This document shows, piece after piece, positions 52,373 to 64,000 of a stretch of 64,000 nucleotides of DNA (the first letter of the stretch is position 1; each line of letters begins with the position of its first letter). This DNA comes from Rhina ancylostomus (lineage: Eukaryota): the NCBI GenBank assembly GCA_030265395.1, contig JARFYF010000046.1:10628797-10692796 (forward strand). Direction: 5' to 3'. Position numbers and translations under genes: made by a program. Under the pieces are notes generated by a model, which searched no databases, was not told the DNA's origin, and saw only the letters and a list, made by a program, of their open reading frames with translations.

Positions 52373-55300
52373 CAATATCATTTCATCTGGCTCTATCAGC
52401 AGACACTTTCTGCCTCTTTATTTAGCATCTCTGATATAATCCACGCTTTTTTGCCTCAACTGCTCCTGTGGCAATCTGATTGCTTTCTGATCAATAGATT
52501 TGCTCAGCTGCCTGTATGGGTTAAAACCTTCCATATAACAAAAAGGCAGTCAGACTTTCAGCAGAGCAGACCCATAAAAGAAAACTTAATCCTAGAGTCA
52601 CCATCTGACACTCAAACGCCCAACCCAGTTCACAGTCCCATTCACCTTCCAGTATGCCATCTTTCTTCAGTGGCACCTCCTCCCATCCAACTCCCTCCCC
52701 CACCACCAACAGCCCCAGAGCAGGTGGGTTATGACACTCTTCATCCTCTTCCCTTTGCAAGTTTATTCACTGTTCTGCTCCACTACTTCCCATCCCACCA
52801 GCTCTATTCAAGTTACTACTCATCCCCCACATATTCAAGCTAATGTCTACCTCCTGCCGTTGACCCCTTTACAGTAACACCAACCTGACTGTGTTCCTCT
52901 TTCCCCTCTGTCAAGGTGCTGTTCCTACCAATGTTCAGAGCTTATTTGAAGTATGCAGCAAGTTTGCTCTCCTGAGAATTCTCCCCTTAATCACAAAGCA
53001 ACTGGGATGCCTTCAAACAGCAGCAGAGTATTGTTGAGTGAAGAGGGTCATGGTCTGCAGTGACAGTGATGGTCACACACTGACAAGCACACAGCAGGTT
53101 CCGAATGCTAAGGGTTGACATGTCTGACATTACGACACTACAGCCCATCCTTTAGGGAGCTGCTAAAATCCCTGTGCCTGAAAAGCGGCTTCACTTTAAG
53201 TAGTTTCTTGTTTTGGCTGCTTAGAAGCTGCCTGGAGCTGCTCATTCCTTGGAACCATTCCCAAGCGAGCATTCGGATTGTATCTTAAAGATTCTATCCT
53301 GCAACAAATTTGTTTTGTTGACAGGTGTGGATCTTGCTGGCAAGGGCAGCATTCATTGCCCCGGATTGCACCGAAACTGAGCAGCATTTCAGAGGGCTAT
53401 TAAGAATGAACTGCACTGGGGTCACAGACTGCACAGGCATGAAAAATTTCCTTCCTCAAAGGACATTAGTGGACCAAATGGGTTTTTGCAATAAACCAGT
53501 ACTTTCTTGCTTTTCATTCCCTATTTATTTAGTTACTTGAATCTAAATTTGCCTGGTGCTGTGGTAGCAATCATGCCCATGTCTGTGGATCAAGAGTCAC
53601 AACTTCTAAATACTAGTTCAGTAACTTAACCACCATGCTACTGTGTAGCACTTGTATCAAGATTGAAAGATAATTCTTTTACCCTCTAAATGTTTTTGTA
53701 TTCTATGTAGCAGAGTCAGATAATTGAGCAATACAGAAAAAGTCACGTTAGTTTTACAAGCCTCTGTTTTTTCTTGCTGATGATCCAAGTCTCTTTCGAG
53801 GGCTGACATGATTTCATCAAGTTATTTATGCAATGAGTCATCTTCATTAGAATCAGTAATATAATTCAAAATTGCAGCTTCTTTCAGGTACCTAAATTTT
53901 TCATTATAGTACATGAAAATTTAACAGGGTTTTGTCAGGTTACATGCAGGGCTGATGTTTCACTATGCTGGGGTATTTAGAACCAGGGTCACAGTCTCAA
54001 AGTAAAGGGTTGGCTATATGGGACGGAAATGAGAAGAAATTTATGCACCCTTAAGACAGTGGATCTTTGGAATGCTCTACTTAAGAGACTTTTCAAGGCT
54101 TAGTTGCTGAGTATAATCAAGGTAGTGATTGATAGACCTTTGGATAATGGGTAAATTAAGACATTTGTCATTGGTACAGGAACGTAGCACTGAAGTAGAA
54201 GTTCGGCCATGGTCTTTATAGGTGGAGCAGGTGTGAGATAAGGATAGTTTAATGTCCAGGATCAGAAGCCGAACAACCGCAGGCTATTTGCCATTTGCTG
54301 TTTAAGTCCAGAATGTCAGGAGATGCTCGACGTAAAAGAGATCACAGCCACCCCATCTAACTTCTGCTGCCTCAATATTCTAATGATAGGGCACTTAAAT
54401 AATCATAGTCAACAATCATTAGTCTATAACAAACACAGAACCACCATTGGGAAAATCCACCTGTTCCTCTCAGACATGCTTTAATTACTATGCCATGCAT
54501 CAAATTACACACTTACACAGGAACTCCATAGTTTTCTGAGATATATCTGTATGATTTTCAAGAAAATTATATGGGTGATAATTTGCCTTCATACATTGAC
54601 CTTCTAAAGTGGTCAAGCTGGGGTCTTGAACCCCAGTGTTGGTATAAATGGTATACTGCCCAATTCACCAGCTTGATAATGGAACTGAAGCAAGTGTCAG
54701 GAACAGCAGCTCGAGAGAGAGGGCTGAATGGTGTTAAATGATTAGAGAGGTTCTAACCCATGCTGGGGTACTATAGGAGGTTGTCATGGCTTGAAGTTGT
54801 CCTCAGCTTTTATCCTCGGGTGGGGCAGAAGAAATGGAATGCTCCTTCTCGTCCCACAAGGATTCTTTGACCCACTGTCAACCCCTGTTGGGACTCTGTT
54901 TGCTGTTTCACCTTCTCTCTCCAAAAGTCCGTGGTCAATCTTTTTAAATAGGTTAGCAATTCTGAATAAGCAAAGGGGTTGCAGCAACCCATTAGTATTC
55001 ACACAGCATAATGTTGATGCCTACACCAGGCCTGCCTCTGTCTAATTCAAGAAATGAGAAGCAGATCAATTATAGATGGACAGGATCACCTTTCAACTTC
55101 TAAATAATTCCAATACAGAAAACATTTTTACAAAGTAATGCTAACTCTTCAAAAACTAAGTTAAATTCCAGGAATAATCATTATTTGGTGATGAGATCCA
55201 TCTTAATTTAGCAATAAAGCCAATAATCCTTATCTGTTACTTCATTTCCCAAAAACAAACCACCTTTCCCATCAGGGACATCAAAGAAGCCACAGTTAAT

Positions 55301-56858
55301 GACAGTTCTTAGGCCTAGTTGTAAATCTTGGATTAATTTTCTGTTCCTCATTGTAATTTAGCCCTGGGTCTCTGACTAGTTCAAACTGTTCCCTTCAACA
55401 TTTGCCATTCCTGTCCAGACAGCAATACCAGTGTTTACCTGGAGGGGTGGAGACCTTTTCAACATTGGGTATTACAAAGCAGCCAAAAATAATGCATAGA
55501 GGAATTTGCAGACTCCATGGTTTCTTGCCGCCCAGCACATTCCAATGACAGAGATTGAAGGGGCCTGGGAGACAAGAGCAGCGCCTGGTGTTTTACTGAC
55601 TTTTTTGTGATCGACACGGTGCACTGCCTCAGCCTCTGTTGGCTGCTGCTCATTTAATATCTTAAAGAAACACACAGGGAAACATTTGCAAATGCAACGG
55701 CTGTTTGCTCTGGGGGGGGGGTGTTGGTTTATGTAACAGGCTAACATTTACAATTCATCCAAGAAAGTTTAAAAAGGATGAGAAAAAAAATCCCTGGGCT
55801 CCTTTTCTAGTCTCTGGCAGGTTTGAGTGTCGTGACAACTGCACTTACAGCCAATGGAAGGGAGGTGTTTCCAGGGTTACCATCTCCATCTCTTTCTTAC
55901 TGCCCTCTATGTGCTAATGTTGAGTAAGGGTAGAACCCTGATTCTGTTTGACTCTATCACACACGTGTGTGTGTGTGGTCACTGGTTCTGTTTGCATATA
56001 TCGCTCATCTTTAATTGCCCCAGAAGGTGGTACCGAACGTTCATCTTAAATACCTGTACTGTGTGTGGTTGGGTCAGGAGCTCTGTGATTATGCCCCAAT
56101 GCTGATGAAGGNNNNNNNNNNNNNNNNNNNNNNNNNNNNNNNNNNNNNNNNNNNNNNNNNNNNNNNNNNNNNNNNNNNNNNNNNNNNNNNNNNNNNNNNN
56201 NNNNNNNNNNNNNNNNNNNNNNNNNNNNNNNNNGCTCATTTAGAAGATGCTTTCAAAAACTCTGAGAATTTTGCAGTGTACTTTGGATATGGCACACACT
56301 TCAGACATGGTTTGAAGGAGGCAGAGGGTGTGAATGTTTAACCTGGTGAAAGGGTGCCAGTCAATCCAGGACCGGGTTCGAGCTTTGGGACTGAGTCACG
56401 CAGTCATTCAGCACTGAACCAGGCCCCTTGGACCACTATGTCCATGCTGACCACTGCAAATCCATTACACTAACTTCATTTACCAGCATTTGGTTCTNNN
56501 NNNNNNNAGCCCTGCTGGAGCTTCACTCATCCAGGCAAATGCAGTATTTTTCCTCACACGCCTTGTATCTGTGCTTAGGCATGAATACAGTCACCCATTA
56601 GACTACTGAATGTGACTAGGGTAGGACTTTCTCAGTGAACACTGGGGCCCTGGGGAGTGTTGTAGAACAGAGGGACCTAGGAGTACAAGTACATGGCTCC
56701 CTGAAAGTGATATCACAGGTAGACAGGGTGGTGAAAAAAGCATTTGGCATCCTGGCCTTCACCAGTCAGGGCATTGAATATAGGAGTTGGGACGTTATGT
56801 TNNNNNNNNNNNNNNNNNNNNNNNNNNNNNNNNNNNNNNNNNNNNNNNNNNNNNNNNN

Positions 56859-57131
56859 CCCCACCCACCCACCTACCTTCCCCCTCTCACCTGGACTCAC
56901 CTATCACCTGAACTCACGTATCGCCTGCCTGGCTGTGCTCCTCCCCCTCCCCCCACCTTCTTATTCTGGCTCCTGCCCTCTTCCTTTCCAGTCCTGATGA
57001 AGGGTCTCGGCCCGAAATGTCGACTGTTTATTTCGCTCCATGGGTGCTGCCCGACCTGCTGAGTTCCTCCAGCACTTATTTTTTGTGTGTGTTGCTCCAG
57101 ATTCCAGCATCTGCAGGATTTCTTGTGTGTC
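56859..57131 (+). mobile_element. Penelope-like element 3' end / pLTR fragment nested inside a CR1 LINE
   Basis: Pyrimidine-rich leader, then the hammerhead, then the CTGCTGAGTTCCTCCAGCA...CCAGCATCTGCAG tail. CR1 RT sequence stops before it (EYRSWDVM) and resumes after it. Confidence 0.7.
56989..57026 (+). ncRNA. Minimal type I hammerhead ribozyme motif in a Penelope-like terminal repeat
   Basis: CAGTC-CTGATGA-A-GGGTC-TC-GGCCC-GAAA-TG-TC-GACTG. Stem I is CAGTC/GACTG, the core boxes are intact, stem II is GGGTC/GGCCC, and cleavage is predicted after C57021. Confidence 0.75.
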
Positions 57132-58658
57132 CTGGAGTAATGTGTACAGTTTTGGTTACCCTGTTATCGGAAAGACATCACTGAGCTGGAAAGAGTGCTA
57201 AGAAGGATTACGAGAATATTGCCAGGACTCGAGGACCTGAGTTATAGGGAGAGGTTGAGCAGGATAGGACCTTATTCCTTGGAGTGTAGGCGACTGAGGG
57301 GAGTGCTTATAAGGGCCATAGATGGGGTGAATACACACAGGCTTTTTCCCAGGGAAAGGGAATCAGAAACTAGAGGGCATAGGTTTAAGGTGAGAGATGA
57401 AAGATTTAAAAGGTACCCTGAGGGGCAATTTCTTTACGCAGAGGGTGGTAAGTACATAGGATGAGCCTCCAGAGAAAGTAGTTGAGGCAGGTACAATAAC
57501 AACATTGAAATGATATTTGACAGGCAAATGGATAGGAAAGCTTTAGAGGGATATGGGCCAAATGCAGGTAAATGGCATTAAAAAAACGACTAGCTTAGAT
57601 GGGCATCTTGGTTGGCATGGATAAGTTGGGCTGAGGGGCCTGTTTCCATGCTGTATTACTCGATGACTCTCTGACTACTGGGAGTTGTGATCAACCATAC
57701 AGACTTTCTTTATGCAGGGAACTGAAATATTAGTCCATGTCTGGACACTGTATGGACACTCTTGGTTCATCATGTAAAGAAAAGAACATTACTTTGTAGT
57801 CGATGTACTTTTGAAATGTAAAAAAGAGGGCAGTCAATTTGTGCACAGCAAGCTCCCACAAACAGCGCTACAATGAAGATCAGATAATCATCTTTAGAAC
57901 AGATGAATGGAGAGGGAGATATTGGATGGAAAATCAGGGTTAACTCCTCTGCTCTTCTCTAAAATGGTGCCGGGGCATCTTTGCGTTCAGGGAGCAGATT
58001 GGTGAATGGATGCTTTGATTTTATTTCGATGACTATTTCTCTGTCTTGCTGTCTTGCAGAGATTTATCTCTTGGACAAGCTCTGCTCTGGCCCACACACA
58101 TGACTGGATTCCATCACACATTCGTCAGCCACCTCGAGGGTGATGTTGCCCATGTGCCTGGATTACATCACACAGCACAGTTCCAGCACTTAGCGATGGG
58201 TTCTGGACAATGAGATTAAGACGAATGAGTGCCCACTGGTCGGCCTGGATGTGGTCGGTTGAATGGTCAGCTTCCAAGCTGTACGATTCGATGGCTCCAT
58301 GATGCCCCTTTGCTTCTGCCATTTGGATTTGAATTGGGTAAATGCGTGACCTCAATGGGACACGCCGTCAGCAAACACTGAGGCACAACCCTATAAAAGG
58401 TATTCACCCTCTGCTATCTTATGTAAANNNNNNNNNNNNNNNNNNNNNNNNNNNNNNNNNNNNNNNNNNNNNNNNNNNNNNNNNNNNNNNNNNNNNNNNN
58501 NNNNNNNNNNNNNNNNNNNNNNNNNNNNNNNNNNNNNNNNNNNNNNNNNNNNNNNNNNNNNNNNNNNNNNNNNCTGTAATGAGCATATTTGCTTCTTTTA
58601 TGTGTCGGGCTTGGCTGGGCGACAATGTATCGGCCAATGGTGAGAATGCATCTCATAC

Positions 58659-58733
58659 CTGGTCAATGGCGTCTGGGTTTTCAGACACGTCAAAGATGAC
58701 AGCTGTCGCTCCTCTCTGGACTGCTCGCTTTGC
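58659..58733 (-). CDS. ZNRF3: ZNRF3 coding exon (human exon 3 equivalent), PA domain: [25 protein letters not shown]
   Basis: 75 bp, phase 0/0. Minus strand reads TTTTCAG|GCA...CAG|GTATGA. Peptide nearly identical to vertebrate ZNRF3 as recalled. Confidence 0.96.
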
Positions 58734-59570
58734 CTGAAAAACAAAGCACAATGTTCCTGAGTACAAAGTACATTTCAAAAAGGAAGACAGTTCAACTGCA
58801 GTAGNNNNNNNNNNNNNNNNNNNNNNNNNNNTTTTCTCCAGTACGATATATGGCAGAGGCAATAATGTTGCCTCAGGCAAGACAGTCCAGGCCGTTATAG
58901 GAATACAATCAGCAGCAGATAAGCCTTTCTCTCTTTTCTTTCTGCCCTGTTCCTTCTTGAGGAATTCTTGCTTCTATCTTCGTTTGGTTATGTAGGTTGC
59001 TGAGGTAAATGTAGAAGGATTGTCACAAATGTGCTACAAAGCCAGGATTCTTAACAATTAAATGCTGCCCTAATAGCACGCACCATGCGTGGGAGAAGCT
59101 AGGTGAATGAACTGTTGGCAGATCATCTCAATATTGCTTTGATACTGGGTGCCAAGGACAAACAAGGAAGATTCTGGGACATCTCCTTGTCCCTCCTCCC
59201 TGTGAGAAAACAAAGCACCAGTGTTCCTATACAACACAGTAATGGAGGTGCTGATCCACAGGACAAGTTGACTCCAGTGCCATTCTTCCAAACCTTTAAC
59301 CCTCATTGATAACCCAACCCAGCTCTCTCCTGTAAATCCCATGGTAGACAATCCTCTGCCCCCTTGGTATCCTTAACTTGTAAGCATTGAGAGCCAACAA
59401 TACAGCCTCATTGAGTCTTCACAAATTCAGACTTGTCTTTGCGATAATACTTCAGAATAACTCACTTTGCATGAAGTGCTTCAGTGTGGATCTGGGAAAT
59501 GTGGTGAAAGCAAGCATCCATTTTCTTTTCAGCAGGGGTTACCAGTTAGTGAACAAGAGTATCGCCTCCC

Positions 59571-59634
59571 CCTTTGATGCCTCATTCCCCACTCACTCCC
59601 ACCTCCCCATCCACAGCCAATGAGTCATTGGCTG
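59571..59634. promoter_or_regulatory. Candidate intronic enhancer: TCF/LEF site plus palindromic CCAAT/AP-1/CCAAT
   Basis: CCTTTGATG at 59571-59579; CAGCCAATGAGTCATTGGCTG at 59614-59634. Confidence 0.35.
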
Positions 59635-60769
59635 GTCAACTGACTTAACATGGTCCAAAGATTGAATCTAGTGTTTGTGACTAAAATCCATACTGTGCAG
59701 TGCAGCCGTAAAGGGAGAAAAGGGTGAGCTGAAAGTAAAAAATATTTTGATTAGTATTGGTGTACAGACACAGGATAAGCCATCTCTTTGTAATGTGTTT
59801 TACTCAGCAATCACTGGAATTTGTTTCTTTGCCCCTAGTTACTCTGGGGCTGGAAGCAATTTCAGTCTAAGGTCTGCAACTCCCCTCAACTATGGAAACA
59901 AATTGTTTTCCACTCTAGGGGTTAAGACGTTCAACTGGGCTGTTTATCTCAAATGAGTTTGTCATCACACATTAAGCATTTGAAAAGGCTAAGAAGACTG
60001 ACCACACAAGGCACCCCATAGTCCAGGCACATCAAAGAGGTATCATCAACTAAAAGCAGCTATTTAGGTTTTTGCAAGGTGAATGTGCAGGTAGCCCATT
60101 TCCACATTATTATTTTGGGTTGTAACTCAAACACATATTCTGATTCAACACAGAGCATTTGTAGTGTTTCTGAAAATACTTATGGCAATAAAATGCCACC
60201 TTGTTTTTCTGTTCAAGTCCAATTGTCAAGTAAATACTTTTACCATCTGGGTTGCATTACCAATTGTGGCAGTGAATGGGTACTTATTCTGGAGTTTGTC
60301 CAACTAGCTGAGGAAAAATTCTGTTGTTTCTATCTGGATTCTTCTCTTAGTAGAGCATTCATGAAAGAAAGAAGACCTGTTTAACCCAGGATTCACCATT
60401 ACCCGTCCTGCACTCGTTCCTGCTTTAATAATGTGATGTGAGAAACAGAAGCAAGAGGAGGCCATTTGGACCCCCATGTCTACTCTACCACTTAACACGG
60501 TCATGGCTGATCTTTTACCCCAACCCCACTTTAGTGCGCTAAACCCAGATCCCTTGATATCTGAATAAATATCAATTGATCTCTGATTCCTCTGTGATCC
60601 CAACAGTTTGGGGGCGTTCGACAAACTGAGTGTGTGGGCAAGATAAATGTAGATAGAATATAATGTGGAAAATGTAAAGTTATCTACTTTGGTGCATAAA
60701 ATAGAAAAGTAGAATATTTTGTAAATGCTGAGAGTGTGGGTAATGCTTTTGTTTAAAATGAGCTAAACG

Positions 60770-61262
60770 TGGAAACATAGAAAAACTACGACACAATTCA
60801 GGCCCTTCAGCCCACAAAGCTGTGCCGAACATGTCCCTACCCTAGAAATTACTGTGCTTACCCATAGCCCTCTATTTTACTTAGCTCCATGTACCTATCT
60901 AACAGTCTTTTGAAAGACCCTATCGTATCCGCCTCCACCATCATTTCTGGCAACCCATTCCACGCACTCACCGCTCTCTGAGTAAAAAACTTTCCCACGA
61001 CATCTCCTCTATATCTACTCCCCAGCACCTTAAACCTATGTCCTCTTGTCACCATCATTTCAGCCCTGGGGAAAGGCCTCTGACTATCTACCCGATCAAT
61101 GCCTCTCATCATCTTATATAACTCTATTAGGTCCCCTCTCATTCTCCGTCTCTCCAAAGAAAAAAGACCGAGGTCCCTCAACCTGCTTTCATAAGGCACG
61201 CTCCGCATTCCAGGCAGCATCCTTGTACACCTCCTCTGCACCCTCTCTATGACCTCGACGTC
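60770..61262 (-). mobile_element. CR1/HER-type LINE 3' end (young)
   Basis: ORF 60858..61241: LGLFSLERRRMRGDLIELYKMMRG...RGHRFK...FFTQRAVSAWNGLP. Confidence 0.92.
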
Positions 61263-62234
61263 TTGCCTGTAAATTGTGTATGTTATTTATTTTGTCAAGT
61301 ATTTTCCTTTAAAAAAAGGACTTTATTTTTGTCTTTTTTGAAGTTATGGCTCTTTAATAAGTTAAGCTAAAGCATTCCCTCTTTGCTGGATGCAGAAGAG
61401 CCTACGGCAGTTTTCTGCTCTCCTATCCAACACACAAATCACCACAATGCCACTCCAAGATCTTCCCTCCATTTCTAATTACAATTACTATGGCACCACA
61501 GAACAGAATGGGGGCTACAGGTTTCTTCGAAACAACAGTTTCTTGGAATACGTAAAAACTTTAGAATGAGAAAGTTATTTTAGAATAATTCTTCAAGACA
61601 CTTTGACGAATATTGTTCACTTAACACTACGTTTTGATGTGGTGCTCTGGGTGAGTAGGAAGGGAGAAAAAGTATGCAGAAGGCCCCCAGGCGTTCTGAA
61701 TCTGGTGAGGTCTTTGAATTCACCTTTCTCCATTGTTGTGTGCATTTTGTGATTCTCATAGTGATTTCTCCAAAGTACTCTCAAGGGTTTAAAATTCTGG
61801 GGCTGTCCTCTCACGTACATGTGGTAGGTACATTGGCTGCGGTAGCTTATGTCTCAGTGAAGGCAAGTTGCAAAAGAATCAGGAGGGATGATGATGGGCA
61901 TGAGAGATAGGATAAGTTGTTGGACTTCAGGAAAAGTAAGGAGAGACGGAATGGGNNNNNNNNNNNNNNNNNNNNNNNNNNNNNNNNNNNNNNNNNNNNN
62001 NNNNNNNNNNNNNNNNNNNNNNNNNNNNNNNNNNNNNNNNNNNNNNNNNNNNNNNATATGGACATGTCCGCAATAAACTGTGGGCAATGTAGTTCTAGGT
62101 TTATTTGTTCGGCATTAACTGTTAATAGTTGTGAGCCTGTTCCGCATATTCCAGACATTATAGTGATAAGTAAGCTCTCACCTCAAACCTTTAAGATTTT
62201 TTTAAACTGCATTTACTGTAAAAGAGAAAGGAAA

Positions 62235-62545
62235 TACAAGTCATCCCGGGTAACAAAAGGGTTCCATTTTTACAGACAGCTGGAAGTTGAATTTATCCAT
62301 AAGTCGGAAAATACACAGAAATCACTTGATATGGTGACCATCCCTCCACAGCATTTTAATGAATGGCATCAAAGACTGATAAAGAAGAACAATTACTAAA
62401 AGTTGGGGGGGGAGGCAAAGAAATTAGTTCTGCCTTTCATAGGAATGAACATATGTGGGACTTTTGAATTTAATATTATGAGAGTGCATCGGCATGTAGG
62501 GATGTCAGTAAATCAGGCGTTCGTAACGTGGGGATGGCTCTTGGA
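62235..62545. mobile_element. Possible degenerate Tigger-type MITE
   Basis: Left end acaagtcatcccgggtaac, right end gttcgtaacgtggggatggc; loosely inverted. Confidence 0.4.
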
Positions 62546-63069
62546 GAGAAAAGGGACGAAGGGGGAGAATAGATAAGCAGAGTGGGTGGACCTCCTTTGG
62601 GCAGCGGAAACAGTTGCATGGAGAATTGGCTGACCGGCTTGTCCTGGTGCTGTTGATTCCAGGTTTGCCGGGTATCTCCAATACCCTTTAGCTTTGTGCT
62701 CACCATCAAGAGTTAAATAAACCATGTCCATCTGCAGCGTTCTGCATTTAAATGTTGAATTCTCTTCCCTTTAATAGGAAGTCCGAACTTGGGAATTTTT
62801 TTAGTCCCACCGTTCACAAGTTCCTCATCTCAGTCAGTGTGTGTGTGCCAGGGAGGAGTGGGGAAGGAGACTAGGGAGATCATTGCTTCTGTGGGGAGAC
62901 TAGGAGATCCCTATCGGAATAAAAGTTGTATAGTGGTCAAAAGAGCAAAGTTTAGACATCTTACCCTGTCCTTGCCCTTTACAGATGCTGTGTATTCCCT
63001 ACCATTACATTTAAATGGTGCATAAAGAGCGCACATTCATGGCACATCACAAAGCTCTCCTTTTAGAAA

Positions 63070-63162
63070 GTGAGAGACAGAACAAGAGAAAGAGAGGGAG
63101 AGAGAAAGAGAGTGAGAGAGTGAGAGAAAGAGAGAGAGAGAGAGAGAGAGACACACACACAC
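63070..63162. repeat. (GA)n-(CA)n compound microsatellite
   Basis: Direct reading. Confidence 0.9.
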
Positions 63163-64000
63163 AATGCAAATTCAAGCCTCAAGGGACAGGGTCAGTCAAG
63201 GCACATCCTTACATCCACACTCCAATCTCACTGTGGAGAAGAACAAGTGGTGCAATAATGCAGTGTTGCTTACCTCAGCCAGACAGATGATCATTTAATT
63301 CAGATACAATTCCTAACTCAAATAGGTCACCTTCCAGCAGTTAATATGGTGTTCTATACCTGCTGTTGATGCATCTTGTTTCTCGGGCTGGAAAAGGTTG
63401 GCCTTCCAACAGAAGTTATTCTGGCTGATGTGTTCTAGCAATGAGTTTAATTCGTTGTGTGAGAGGAACAACATGGGATGATTGGATAAAGCAGTCCTCC
63501 CCCACCCAAGGTGATGAGATGTCCTTGTAGACCCCAAATAGGGGGATAGAAGACAATGAGATGCACAGAGCAAACACTGCTAAACCTTCATAAGTCAAGA
63601 AGCAGATCTGCTGTTGTGAGAGACAAACTTACAAATAGAAGTTGAAGTATTTCTTTACCCATCAGCTGAAATGTTCAATAACATTGGTGGCTGAGGCTCA
63701 GGTCATTGGGCTTTAAAAAACGACAATGGATAGATGGCAGAGTGGATAGTCTGGAAGAGTTGGCTGACGGGCTTTCTCCGTCCAAAGTGTCCTTGCAATG
63801 TGGAACTGTCTTGTTCCTCGGCCAGCTCCCAACTCACAAAGCCCGTGATATGGTTCACACAGTGGAAAGGGGCATGTGATCGGATTGCAACGGTTTTGTC
63901 CGGTTTTGAGCAAAGGTGGAGATGGCTAGAATAATTTGAGGAGAATTGTGGGTGGCTATGCAGGAACCATTTTGGCCAAACCTGCACTGATGTGCCACCC

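Larger units (their letters stand above)
56610..57675 (+). mobile_element. CR1/HER-type LINE 3' portion (contains nested PLE fragment and a gap)
   Basis: QRDLGVQVHGSLKV...IEYRS, then LSYRERL...RGHRFKVR and the GGGCTGAGGGGCCTG tail. Confidence 0.88.

Noticed and set aside
58734-64000. Search for ZNRF3 exon 2 (MHPLGLC...) or a promoter
   Set aside because: No matching peptide or CpG island seen; presumed beyond the window.

Overview
Vertebrate genomic DNA from a gapped draft assembly. The repeat content (HE1/V-SINE-like SINEs, CR1/HER LINE tails, DeuSINE-like relics, Penelope-like elements) points to a cartilaginous fish, probably a ray; the taxon is inferred. One gene occupies the window on the minus strand: ZNRF3, the transmembrane PA-RING E3 ligase that antagonises Wnt/Frizzled signalling. 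Six coding exons are clear, with canonical GT-AG boundaries and consistent phases: 58659-58733, 51682-51813, 34658-34768, 32539-32706, 30866-30968 and 27497 down into the N gap at 26013. A probable terminal exon lies at 14119-14174, followed by a ~1.3 kb 3'UTR. Exons 1-2 lie beyond the right edge. Almost all other listed ORFs are repeat-derived or spurious. The most notable non-genic signal is a dispersed family of Penelope-derived terminal-repeat elements carrying a minimal type I hammerhead ribozyme. The best copy is at 56989-57026; there are also fold-back copies and a GIY-YIG relic at ~15.7-16.7 kb. This class is known in general, but this family may be uncatalogued. Other points: a Y-to-F change in the ZNRF3 4Y endocytic motif, a NAGNAG acceptor, a palindromic poly(A) signal, a CCAAT/AP-1/CCAAT palindrome beside a TCF site, and short templated local duplications. 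Repeat boundaries are estimates made by eye.
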